NCBI GenBank assembly: GCA_023245155.1
Contig: JAHFKV010000001.1
Coordinates: 11,034 to 75,033 of the forward strand
Direction of reading: 5' to 3'
Source: Candidatus Staskawiczbacteria bacterium
GTDB taxonomy: Bacteria > Patescibacteriota > Minisyncoccia > Minisyncoccales > Staskawiczbacteraceae
DNA length: 64,000 bases
The notes beneath the pieces are model-generated. The model had not been told where the DNA came from. It was given only the letters and a program-made list of their open reading frames with translations, and did no database searches. Position 1 is the first letter of the stretch. Each line of letters starts with the position of its first letter. A program made the position numbers and the translations under genes. Shown here piece after piece: positions 23,562-31,641 of the stretch.

Positions 23562-24354
23562 ACTGTTTTACTTCTTCTTGAACCTGGGCCTCATACGAGA
23601 GCCAGCGCATGTCCATTTCATTTTCAATGGGAACCAGGGGAAATATTAATGGTTTTAAGCCGAACTCTTCTTGTATCTTACGGATGCTCGGCAACACTTT
23701 ATGCTCTACAAAATCAGCCTCGGAAGGGTCAGACAGCACATAATTATCAAACAAAACGGCATGGCTCATAAACATCAACAAGAACAAGAAATAATAATCT
23801 GTTCCCATTTTCCGGGTTGCATTAAACCAGTGGGTGAAATTATGGATGTTACACGTTGCAGCATCGGCATATTTATAAAACAAATCATGGTGCAAATCCA
23901 ACAGCGACGTGTTCTGGCGGGTCAATACCTGGCTCATATTTTTGCCCTGATAGGCATTGATATCAACAACAGCTATCTTTTTTGGTTGAATATAATCATG
24001 GTTATGTTTATCGGTAAAAAAATGCATTTTGCAAAGAAAAAACTTTTCAGGGTTACGGGTCACCAACTTGCCATCGTATTCTAAAATGACGGGTATAAGA
24101 TTGTTTTTTTTAGCGATATCTAAAAAGTGCTTTTGTTCAACATTCGGACTGGCAGCACTGCGCGAAAGTATCGCATAACGGTTACTGCCAGATAAATCAA
24201 TACCGGGAAGCTCGTGCAAAAGCCAATATTTATTGAGGGCTGATGCCAAATCTTTATTTTCAGACCTAGTTTTTAACTCTTGTAACACATCGAAAAAGTT
24301 TTCGGAAAAATAAACTTCTTTTCTGATGGCCGCATAATTCTTAGCGTCTATCAT
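23551..24354 (-). CDS. hypothetical protein (267 aa), no family recognised
   Basis: long ORF, 11-nt overlap with the kinase start implies co-transcription. Confidence 0.5.
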   Translation of the reverse strand: MIDAKNYAAIRKEVYFSENFFDVLQELKTRSENKDLASALNKYWLLHELPGIDLSGSNRYAILSRSAASPNVEQKHFLDIAKKNNLIPVILEYDGKLVTRNPEKFFLCKMHFFTDKHNHDYIQPKKIAVVDINAYQGKNMSQVLTRQNTSLLDLHHDLFYKYADAATCNIHNFTHWFNATRKMGTDYYFLFLLMFMSHAVLFDNYVLSDPSEADFVEHKVLPSIRKIQEEFGLKPLIFPLVPIENEMDMRWLSYEAQVQEEVKQYDR

Positions 24355-24374
24355 AGTAATTTTTTACACATTAG

Positions 24375-24719
24375 CTAAAAGCAGTCTTCATAATCACTAT
24401 ATGTTTTTGCATTACTGTTTTGGCAATAAATAACCTGGCACTGGCTGCTGGTGCCGCATTCTTGCAACGCAACATTCACATACGCCCACTTTCTTACCAT
24501 TTTAAAATAAAAGATATCGTCAACGGGGCAGCGCGGATCGCCATCTTGACATTGTTCCTTAAAACATGATTCTACGGTTGGGTTGCATGATAGTTTTGTT
24601 TCTATAACAAAATTCTTATGAATAAAATACTTTTCATAAGAAAGATACACTGAACCTAAAATCAACACCACGAGAAATCCTATCAGCACTATTGATTTAT
24701 AATTATGCCGTATATCCAT
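24375..24719 (-). CDS. membrane-anchored Cys-rich extracytoplasmic protein
   Basis: TM helix then 8 Cys (CNPTVESCFKEQCQDGDPRC...); start taken at the internal MDIRH to avoid overlapping eamA. Confidence 0.45.
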   Translation of the reverse strand: MDIRHNYKSIVLIGFLVVLILGSVYLSYEKYFIHKNFVIETKLSCNPTVESCFKEQCQDGDPRCPVDDIFYFKMVRKWAYVNVALQECGTSSQCQVIYCQNSNAKTYSDYEDCF

Positions 24720-24723
24720 GGCA

Positions 24724-25638
24724 TTAATTATATAATATAACCGTTCCAATTAACACTATGGCAATACACAGGGCCTTGTGGGCCAAATGCTTGAAAGAAG
24801 TATTTTCTCTGCTTATCTGGGGAAAAAACAAAGTGAGTAGCAACCCTTCAACAAACACAAACACGGGTTGGTAGCTAATGGTTGTCATCACCAGCGCCAA
24901 AGGCGCCAATAATAATGAAAAGTTATAAAAGGTGTTTCCAATAATGGTGGCTCCCTCATTAATCATATTAATGGAAAAAAACCTCCAGTTGTGCTTTTGA
25001 ATTAAATACAAAAAATCCTTACGGTATTTTTTTCGCCAAGAAAACAAAATTACCCCGAAGAGGAACAGCCCGGCGTATTGCCAGAACGTGGAAAGCCAAA
25101 ACCCATCTTCTAAAGCTGTGAATTTAAACAAGGCTTCATAAAGCGCGAATAATAACGATGAGGCTAGCATCATAACCGCTAGCTTCTTTTTTAATTTCAC
25201 CTTGCGCAATTCACTAATTTCTAAGGACAAAATTACCGCCCCTAAAATAATGATTGCCGAACCAATGTATTGTTGGATCGTCAGCGTTTCTTTGAACAAA
25301 ATAAAGCCCAGGATAAAACCAAATATAGGAATGGTCTGCCAAAATGGCACCACTAAAGAAGCGTCATCATCTTCTAAGGCATATAAATAAAGATAAATAC
25401 CAAGGGAACTAAAACACCCTGCAACCATTAAAATAACGGCATTTTTAAGCCCAACCGAAAGCACATGGTGGTTGAACATATAGGCAATGGGCAGCATCAC
25501 CAGCCCCACCAGTGTGGAATACAATATTAAAGCTTCTTTGCCAATACCTTTGAGATGCTTGCCCAGCAAAAATTTGTCCGTATGGTTAGACAAGCTCCAA
25601 AACAGTGGCCCTAAAATGGCGATAAAAAACCAATTCAT
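24724..25638 (-). CDS. EamA/DMT-family transporter (10 TM)
   Basis: 304 aa, duplicated EamA-like 5-TM halves. Confidence 0.75.
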   Translation of the reverse strand: MNWFFIAILGPLFWSLSNHTDKFLLGKHLKGIGKEALILYSTLVGLVMLPIAYMFNHHVLSVGLKNAVILMVAGCFSSLGIYLYLYALEDDDASLVVPFWQTIPIFGFILGFILFKETLTIQQYIGSAIIILGAVILSLEISELRKVKLKKKLAVMMLASSLLFALYEALFKFTALEDGFWLSTFWQYAGLFLFGVILFSWRKKYRKDFLYLIQKHNWRFFSINMINEGATIIGNTFYNFSLLLAPLALVMTTISYQPVFVFVEGLLLTLFFPQISRENTSFKHLAHKALCIAIVLIGTVILYN

Positions 25639-25937
25639 CTTACCAAAAGCAATAACGCCGCTCCCCCAGATTCCATATGGTCGCCCTCAACTCTGCCAAT
25701 GTAGCGGTTATTATAATCGTACACTTTTCCATCAGTGTGAACGGTACCCACGCGCTTTCCCGATTCGTCATACACATAGCCACTGGCGTCATAGCGGCCC
25801 GCCTTGTCGCCTGCGGTATTAAATAATTCCCCGTCTGCAGATATCCGGCCAATAACACTTCCCTGTTTGTTGCGCACGTGGCCGTCTTCACCAATGGTGG
25901 CAATCGCATAACCATCTAGATTCAAGATGTTTGACAT
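25635..25937 (-). CDS. 5 x 17-aa Gly-rich beta-hairpin repeat protein
   Basis: Gly at 9/26/43/60, 30/47/64/81 and 19/36/53/70 gives an exact 17-residue period. Confidence 0.6.
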   Translation of the reverse strand: MSNILNLDGYAIATIGEDGHVRNKQGSVIGRISADGELFNTAGDKAGRYDASGYVYDESGKRVGTVHTDGKVYDYNNRYIGRVEGDHMESGGAALLLLVR

Positions 25938-25942
25938 GGTTT

Positions 25943-26602
25943 TTAATTTAATAATTTGTAATCGTGATAAAATACTTTTTGCGCTATCACGTAAATAGCG
26001 TACGTAATAAACGGGGCGGCAAACACATCAATGGAATAATGCATGTGGGCAAAGAGCATACTGGCGCCAAAAATACATGCCAAGGCAAAAAACAGATACC
26101 TAAAAAACGTTTCCCTCCAAAAAATCAAGCCAAATAAATATGCAGCTCCCACGTGACCGGAAAAGAAAAAATCATTTTTCGCGTTATATAAAAAATCATA
26201 CAGGCTAAAGCCAATACTGTTCGTGTTTAACGTTATTTGGTGCAAATTAATGCCTAAGTGCGTTAAGCTGATAAAAAAAGACCGGATAACAATAAACAAC
26301 GCCAGGGTTTTCAATGAAAATGAAATATATTTTGGTTTGACGATAAACAGGCAGATGGCAAGAAAGGTGGAAATAAGGGCTCCTTGAACAATAAAAAAAT
26401 CTAAGTTAAGCGCGGGCAGGTTATTTAAAAAAATGTCACCCACCGCCGTGCCATCCACGTGGTTGTCAATGTACAAATAAGCAAAATGCTGAATAATAAT
26501 GGCAAACAAAAACCAGGCGATGCCGGTTAATAACAAGAAAAAGGAATGCCGGGTCCAAAAGTTTTTGTGGCGTAGATAAAAATTATTGATGAGCGCGGTC
26601 AT
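25943..26602 (-). CDS. PAP2_C / sphingomyelin-synthase-like membrane protein
   Basis: FFFSGHVG ... HMHYSIDV C2/C3-type phosphatase motifs, 6 TM. Confidence 0.55.
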   Translation of the reverse strand: MTALINNFYLRHKNFWTRHSFFLLLTGIAWFLFAIIIQHFAYLYIDNHVDGTAVGDIFLNNLPALNLDFFIVQGALISTFLAICLFIVKPKYISFSLKTLALFIVIRSFFISLTHLGINLHQITLNTNSIGFSLYDFLYNAKNDFFFSGHVGAAYLFGLIFWRETFFRYLFFALACIFGASMLFAHMHYSIDVFAAPFITYAIYVIAQKVFYHDYKLLN

Positions 26603-27131
26603 ATAATTTGCTAAAAACCATAAAAATAATGATTAAGGTAAAACCCGTCAAAGCCATCATGGGAATAGTGATGTAACCGAATTCAAACACGTAGCGCTTA
26701 GTGCAAGAGATCACCATTCCCCCCAGCTGGCAAGACAAATTCAGCCCGCCGTTATAATAGTAAATATAGTTATGATAAAGAGAAATAACGCCACCAATAG
26801 CGGCCAGGGGTAATATGTAGTCGGCAATTTTGCGGTCTTTTTTTATGAGCGCAAGGGCAGTAAGAATAAGCAAGGGATACATGAAAATCCGTTGAAACCA
26901 ACACAATTCGCACGGCTCAAACCCCGCAATCTGGGAATAAAACAAACTACTGGCAACAGCGCCCAGAGAAATCAAAAAAGCAAACAACAAACCGTATTTT
27001 CCAAAAAAGTCGGTTACCGCAACAAATTTTTTACGCAAAAAGAACAGGTGCAGTATTGCCCAAATAATGAATAGCTGGGCAATAATGGTTTCAATAGCAA
27101 GTTTTTTGTTAGCTAGCTCTATGAGTGTCAT
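26583..27131 (-). CDS. disulfide bond formation protein B (DsbB/BdbC family)
   Basis: CELCWFQRIFMYP motif and second Cys pair; start at MTLIEL (27131); the track N-terminal extension overlaps the upstream gene. Confidence 0.75.
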   Translation of the reverse strand: MTLIELANKKLAIETIIAQLFIIWAILHLFFLRKKFVAVTDFFGKYGLLFAFLISLGAVASSLFYSQIAGFEPCELCWFQRIFMYPLLILTALALIKKDRKIADYILPLAAIGGVISLYHNYIYYYNGGLNLSCQLGGMVISCTKRYVFEFGYITIPMMALTGFTLIIIFMVFSKLYDRAHQ

Positions 27132-27135
27132 GGTA

Positions 27136-27528
27136 TTACGGTAATGGACATGCTGTTTTATCGGCCAGCATTTGCAGGGGCATTTCTCCTTCATTAGTTG
27201 AACCGTCGGCAAACTTCCAGGTGGGATAGGTTTTAATGCCTTTGGCCTTGCAAACATCTAATTGCCCATTGGCATCGGGAGTTGAGCATTCAATATACGG
27301 AAGTTTGTCGGCAGCACCGCCAAACAGTGTGTTAAACATGGCTTTTTGGTTTTGGCAGTGCGGACACCAGAAAGCACCATACATTTCTGCTCCGCTATTT
27401 TTGATACAGATAGCAAACGTTTCCAGTTTGGCCGCTTTGGCTTGTTCCCCGGTCCACAACCAGTAAAAGCCCCCAACCACCACCAAAACTACCACAATAA
27501 CAATCGCCCACGTTAATTTTTTTTCCAT
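27136..27528 (-). CDS. membrane-anchored thioredoxin-like protein (VKOR-associated Trx type)
   Basis: MYGAFWCPHCQNQK ... YIEC ... GIKTYPTW, as in the Trx domain fused to bacterial VKOR. Confidence 0.7.
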   Translation of the reverse strand: MEKKLTWAIVIVVVLVVVGGFYWLWTGEQAKAAKLETFAICIKNSGAEMYGAFWCPHCQNQKAMFNTLFGGAADKLPYIECSTPDANGQLDVCKAKGIKTYPTWKFADGSTNEGEMPLQMLADKTACPLP

Positions 27529-27534
27529 AATTTT

Positions 27535-28305
27535 TTAAATTAAACTTATTTGTGTTTTTAATTTCGCCTGGTTAATCAGCTTACGGTAAGCGCAGTGCTG
27601 GCAATCTTTACCTGCTTCGGGAATATTCGCAGACTCAAGACACTGTTTAATCTCAACTACGGTGGGCTCGATCCAAGAAGTGTCACCTGTATATTCTAAA
27701 ATAGAATTTTCAAATTCCAGCTTGCCATGGAATCCCGGCCGGTTTTTTGAAGCATTGGCAAATAAGAAATATCCTGTGGGAGAAACAGCAAAGCCCATGC
27801 GGGCAAAAATCCATTGATACACTTCCATTTGTTTTTTATACCCATCTTTGTACTTGCCAGCCAGGGAAATCGGATAATCAGTGCTAGTGGATTTATAATC
27901 CACAATGTGTAATTGCTGGTTTTTGGTATTTTGCCAAATATCGTCAATGATACCGCACACATTCAACTGAGTTTTTTTATGCAGAAATGATGCTCCAATC
28001 TTTTTATTATGGTCATCCCGCCAAATATGGAAATTAGGGTGGCTAAAGGGAATAGCATCAATCCGGTGGAATAGCATCAAGCGGTGAGGCTCTTTCTTTT
28101 CGCGCAACGAATCAAATTCATTTTTGAGCAGCGTATCAACAGCGGAGTTCAGTGACCAGCCGGGCATGTCTGGGCGCGAAATACCCAATTTCCGGTCCAG
28201 CCAGAAACATTGCGGGCATTCCAAGAAAAGCGCGATTTTTGATCTGCTAACATTAAAAGGAACATCTGAGCCTGCTTTGTATAAATGAGAACGCTTGCGT
28301 TGCAT
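27535..28305 (-). CDS. PD-(D/E)XK (Cas4/RecB-like) nuclease with Cys cluster
   Basis: LECPQCFWL N-terminus, IVDYKS catalytic-like motif, C-terminal CQHCAY. Confidence 0.65.
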   Translation of the reverse strand: MQRKRSHLYKAGSDVPFNVSRSKIALFLECPQCFWLDRKLGISRPDMPGWSLNSAVDTLLKNEFDSLREKKEPHRLMLFHRIDAIPFSHPNFHIWRDDHNKKIGASFLHKKTQLNVCGIIDDIWQNTKNQQLHIVDYKSTSTDYPISLAGKYKDGYKKQMEVYQWIFARMGFAVSPTGYFLFANASKNRPGFHGKLEFENSILEYTGDTSWIEPTVVEIKQCLESANIPEAGKDCQHCAYRKLINQAKLKTQISLI

Positions 28306-28355
28306 TTTGGTAATACGTTCATTATTTCACTTTGTGTTCTTTTTTGCAATAACAT

Positions 28356-28389
28356 AAAAGCCGCCCCGATGTACATCGGGGCGGCTTTT
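28356..28389 (-). terminator. rho-independent terminator
   Basis: AAAAGCCGCCCCGAT-GTAC-ATCGGGGCGGCTTTT perfect hairpin after the stop at 28404. Confidence 0.75.
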
Positions 28390-28403
28390 ACTATCTGAAA
28401 AAA

Positions 28404-28625
28404 CTAGCAGCACTTACACTTGTGGGACATCATTTTCATCCCCCCAATAACCATCAATAGCACCGGCCAGATAACGCCAACGGCCCACATGGTTAAAATG
28501 TTAAAGGTTCCCAATAAAAATACTAAACCTATTAACATGACTGCACCTGGCACCACTTTATGGTGCCCGCAATTGCACACCATTTTCCCGCCTTGGGAAT
28601 TCCCCATATTTTGCATATTGTCCAT
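28404..28625 (-). CDS. small 2-TM protein with Cys/His-rich termini
   Basis: CNCGHH near the N-terminus, HKCKCC at the C-terminus, flanking two TM helices. Confidence 0.55.
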   Translation of the reverse strand: MDNMQNMGNSQGGKMVCNCGHHKVVPGAVMLIGLVFLLGTFNILTMWAVGVIWPVLLMVIGGMKMMSHKCKCC

Positions 28626-28667
28626 GATTTTTTACTTGTTAATAATATATTAAATCCAGTATAACAC

Positions 28668-28691
28668 AAAAACCGCCTTGCGGCGGTTTTT
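28668..28691 (-). terminator. cspA terminator
   Basis: AAAAACCGCC-TTGC-GGCGGTTTTT hairpin 20 nt after the cspA stop. Confidence 0.8.
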
Positions 28692-28710
28692 GTTTAAGCG
28701 CTCGTGCGAT

Positions 28711-28908
28711 TTAGGCACGTGTAACGTTTTTTGCGCTTGGTCCCTTTGGACCTTCCTCAACATCGAAGTTAACGGTGTCGCCAACTTTCAATTCATTGAA
28801 GGCTACGCCATTCAAATCATTTGAATGGAAGAAAAGATCTTTGGCTTCGCCTTCTCGGGCGATGAATCCAAATCCTTTTTCTGTTAAGGTTTTGATAGTA
28901 CCTGTCAT
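28711..28908 (-). CDS. cspA: cold-shock protein
   Basis: KGFGFI (RNP1) and FFH (RNP2-like) motifs, 65 aa. Confidence 0.95.
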   Translation of the reverse strand: MTGTIKTLTEKGFGFIAREGEAKDLFFHSNDLNGVAFNELKVGDTVNFDVEEGPKGPSAKNVTRA

Positions 28909-28988
28909 GATTTTTTATTTTTTAGCTTGCTACTGAGAAACTCGACCCGTTCCCGCTAGCCCTAACGGGCCAATTCACAAGTACAGCC

Positions 28989-29017
28989 ACTCTAGCACAT
29001 GGGTCTTTCCCTGTCAA
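28989..29017 (-). promoter_or_regulatory. sigma70-type promoter of cspA with ~75-nt leader
   Basis: minus strand TTGACA-17 nt-TAGAGT; the leader contains a CCCGTTAGGGCTAGCGGGAACGGG hairpin. Confidence 0.55.
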
Positions 29018-29156
29018 TGGCCAAACAACTTTTTATCGAATTCGTCAATATCCCACTATTCATTTCTCAATTTTCCACCCCACAATGGAACTCTCAGAAA
29101 TGCTGGGGAGATTGGCTTTCTCTCCCCCCCCCAAAAAAAAGTGTAAAGAACTGCGA

Positions 29157-29435
29157 TTAACTGTTGCGCGCCGAGTCGGTGGCGGCCGCATGTTCTGCCG
29201 CAACCGGCACCGTTGGTCCGGCCGCCAGAAGTTCGTCGTCCCCCATCCACGAATCTTGATCGTGCGGGTTTTCAACTTGGGCCGTGAAGGCATAGCCGAT
29301 CACCGAGGGCACATACGTGGGCCCATCATAGAAGTGGCCATCGCCCTTCAATTCCAGGAGAATCGGCCGGCGGGCCGTGTCCTGCCAGGCAACATAAAAG
29401 CCTGGTTTAACTGGCTTGAACGGGGTCCAATTCAT
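29157..29435 (-). CDS. orphan protein in GC-rich island 1
   Basis: 92 aa from MNWTPF; GAGGAG SD 6 nt upstream; the track version starts at a GTG at 29480. Confidence 0.55.
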   Translation of the reverse strand: MNWTPFKPVKPGFYVAWQDTARRPILLELKGDGHFYDGPTYVPSVIGYAFTAQVENPHDQDSWMGDDELLAAGPTVPVAAEHAAATDSARNS

Positions 29436-29570
29436 GACGTACTCCTCATTGAATATTGCGGCATGTACAAAGTGCTTCACGGGCTTGCCGCTTTGACGCC
29501 CGTTAATTGATTGATTTACGATAGCACAACTACTGTCTATGTCAATTACATCTCCCCACTACCCAAAAAA

Positions 29571-30281
29571 TCAAGCCACCGTCCGTCCTCCATCAATCGT
29601 CAAAATCTGCCCTGTCACAAAATCCGCTTCCAGTAAGTATAACACTCCTTTGGCAATTTCTTCGGCCCCACCCCAGCGTTTTAGCAGCGTCTTTGAAAGC
29701 ACCTCTTCATTTTCTTGATCCGTTAAATCCAGCGGCTTTAATATGGGCCCTGGGGCAATAGCATTTACCAAAATGCCCGGTGCCAATTCTTTAGCCAGCG
29801 AATAGGTTAAACCAACCACGGCGGCCTTGGCCGCATTGTAGGCCAAGTGCCCGGTGTAGGGGCGGGTTAAAACTGACCAATCAGAAAAGAAAACCATCTT
29901 ACCCTTTATATCACCTGAGTTTTTTAGCATTTCATCCCCTGCAAGGCGGCCAAATAAAAACGTGCTTTTGGCCATAATATCCATGTTTTTTGCCCAATCT
30001 GTTTCATCGGCGCTCTCCCAGGGCACTTTCTCATAAATGGCGGCCATGTGGATCAGAATATCCACACTGCCGAACTTTTCTTTGGCGACCCTAACCACGC
30101 GCCCCACATCTTCTTTGTTGGCAACATTGGCTTGCACCGCCTCCCCGTACGGTCCTGCTTCCGACGCATCTTTAAAATACGTGATAATCAAATTTGCTCC
30201 TTTCTCTTTGAGTACTCGCGCCACTTCTTGGCCAATGCGTGCTGCACCGGTAATGATAATTGTTTTATTTTTTACATTCAT
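29571..30281 (-). CDS. SDR-family oxidoreductase
   Basis: TGAARIG dinucleotide motif, YNAAK catalytic motif; start at MNVKNK. Confidence 0.85.
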   Translation of the reverse strand: MNVKNKTIIITGAARIGQEVARVLKEKGANLIITYFKDASEAGPYGEAVQANVANKEDVGRVVRVAKEKFGSVDILIHMAAIYEKVPWESADETDWAKNMDIMAKSTFLFGRLAGDEMLKNSGDIKGKMVFFSDWSVLTRPYTGHLAYNAAKAAVVGLTYSLAKELAPGILVNAIAPGPILKPLDLTDQENEEVLSKTLLKRWGGAEEIAKGVLYLLEADFVTGQILTIDGGRTVA

Positions 30282-30283
30282 AT

Positions 30284-30973
30284 TTATATTTGATAAATTA
30301 CGTCTTTGCGCTCGACGACTATTTTCCAACCGTGTTTTTTAGCATGTTTATACAATGTGGCATTAGGGTTAAAACAAATCGGGTTTTCTACAAACTTCAA
30401 AAACATAATATCGCTTTGTGAGTCCCCCACACCATACGAATCCGCCAGGCTCAATTGTTCTTTTTCAATAAAACGCTTTAAAATTTTGGCCTTGTCATTA
30501 ATTTCTTCTTTATAGAGTGTCTGACCGGTGAACATGCCATTTTTGCCAACTTCATATATTCTGCCATACACTTTATCAAACCCCCACTGGGCGCAAAACT
30601 CGTCCAGTAATTCTTTAGGTGAATGAGAAATGGCTAGTATAAAATACCCCTGTTTTTTTAATCCCTTAATTAAATCGCGCGGATAAACGTAAGTATGGTA
30701 TTTATGGAAACCAATCACCTGTTTAACGACCCTCATAAAATCGGCGTGACGCAACCCAACCATATATTGTTCAAAAGACTCTACTACCTTGGCAATATAG
30801 GTATCATAGGAACCCGTTCGGTCCAGCCAATCCTGATAACTTTTTTCATACATCAAGCGTGACTTCTCTGGAAATAATTTATTTTCAATCAAAGCTCTTA
30901 CCAATTCGATCAGTAAACTTGATCTGAAAATAGTCCCATCAATGTCAAAGATAGCCACTTTCTTTTTCTTCAT
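30284..30973 (-). CDS. HAD-IB family hydrolase
   Basis: FDIDGT motif I, GDSQSD motif IV. Confidence 0.8.
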   Translation of the reverse strand: MKKKKVAIFDIDGTIFRSSLLIELVRALIENKLFPEKSRLMYEKSYQDWLDRTGSYDTYIAKVVESFEQYMVGLRHADFMRVVKQVIGFHKYHTYVYPRDLIKGLKKQGYFILAISHSPKELLDEFCAQWGFDKVYGRIYEVGKNGMFTGQTLYKEEINDKAKILKRFIEKEQLSLADSYGVGDSQSDIMFLKFVENPICFNPNATLYKHAKKHGWKIVVERKDVIYQI

Positions 30974-31011
30974 AGATTCATTGTATGTCCGCCTACGAAA
31001 ATTTACAAACC

Positions 31012-31039
31012 TTGTAAAGATATGTTTTTGTGGTAGTAT
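31012..31039 (+). promoter_or_regulatory. candidate sigma70 promoter of island-2 ORF
   Basis: TTGTAA-16 nt-(TGg)TAGTAT. Confidence 0.4.
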
Positions 31040-31080
31040 TTAGGTGATTTCAAACAAGGCTCTTTCATAAAGGACAAGTC

Positions 31081-31572
31081 ATGAACCTGCAAGGTCTCAA
31101 TTTCAATTTCGCAGAAAATATCGCCAAGACCATCCAAAACCTGCTCAAGCTCAGGCAATTCCCTCAGGACAGAAGGGGTGTGATATTTGGGAGTGCTCAT
31201 GCGCTACTCCCTGACACGCTCCTCGTTCAGCTCCTAGTTGGGGATTTACCAGCGGAAAGGGCGATACGATTTACCGGCTTCATGAAAGAAAAACTGAATC
31301 GCTCTTCCCAGCACAAAGACCATACAAGCGGCTACCAGAGTGCAGATTTCTCCGACGATCCAACCCGCGACCACAAGATGTACCCTGGTGCAATCACGAC
31401 GCCATCAGGGATCATCTTGTCCTGTTCGGGGGCGCCCTGGCAATGCGACGAACTGATTAATGCGATTGCAGGAGTCAATGCCAAGCTTATGGATGAAGCC
31501 CACGCATACGAAGTCGCAAAGATCAGCAAGAACGAGTGGTTCGACCTGTATCTCAACAAATTCGGCTGGTAG
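31081..31572 (+). CDS. orphan protein in GC-rich island 2
   Basis: 163 aa ORF with promoter, AAGGA SD and terminator; alternative start at 31282 (MKEKLN) if the antisense 31003..31200 ORF is real. Confidence 0.5.
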   Translation: MNLQGLNFNFAENIAKTIQNLLKLRQFPQDRRGVIFGSAHALLPDTLLVQLLVGDLPAERAIRFTGFMKEKLNRSSQHKDHTSGYQSADFSDDPTRDHKMYPGAITTPSGIILSCSGAPWQCDELINAIAGVNAKLMDEAHAYEVAKISKNEWFDLYLNKFGW

Positions 31573-31594
31573 ACATACTGCCAGACTGAATCAT

Positions 31595-31626
31595 AGCGAA
31601 CGCTCGCCCCGTTCGCTGTTTTTTTT
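31595..31626 (+). terminator. rho-independent terminator of island-2 ORF
   Basis: AGCGAACG-7 nt loop-CGTTCGCT then G + T8. Confidence 0.8.
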
Positions 31627-31641
31627 CAATACTTCACTTGC

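Noticed and set aside
26583-27257. 224-aa version of the DsbB-like ORF
   Set aside because: The first 42 codons overlap the upstream thioredoxin gene. The Met at 27131 gives a standard DsbB N-terminus and a 4-nt intergenic gap.
29085-29510. 141-aa + strand track ORF in island 1
   Set aside because: The Arg-rich, low-plausibility sequence is typical of an off-frame in GC-rich DNA. The minus-strand frame has a strong SD and a protein-like composition.
31003-31200. 65-aa minus-strand ORF overlapping the start of the island-2 gene
   Set aside because: It is kept only as an alternative. It has an AGGGAG SD, but it runs through the predicted + strand promoter, and sequence alone cannot resolve which frame is used.
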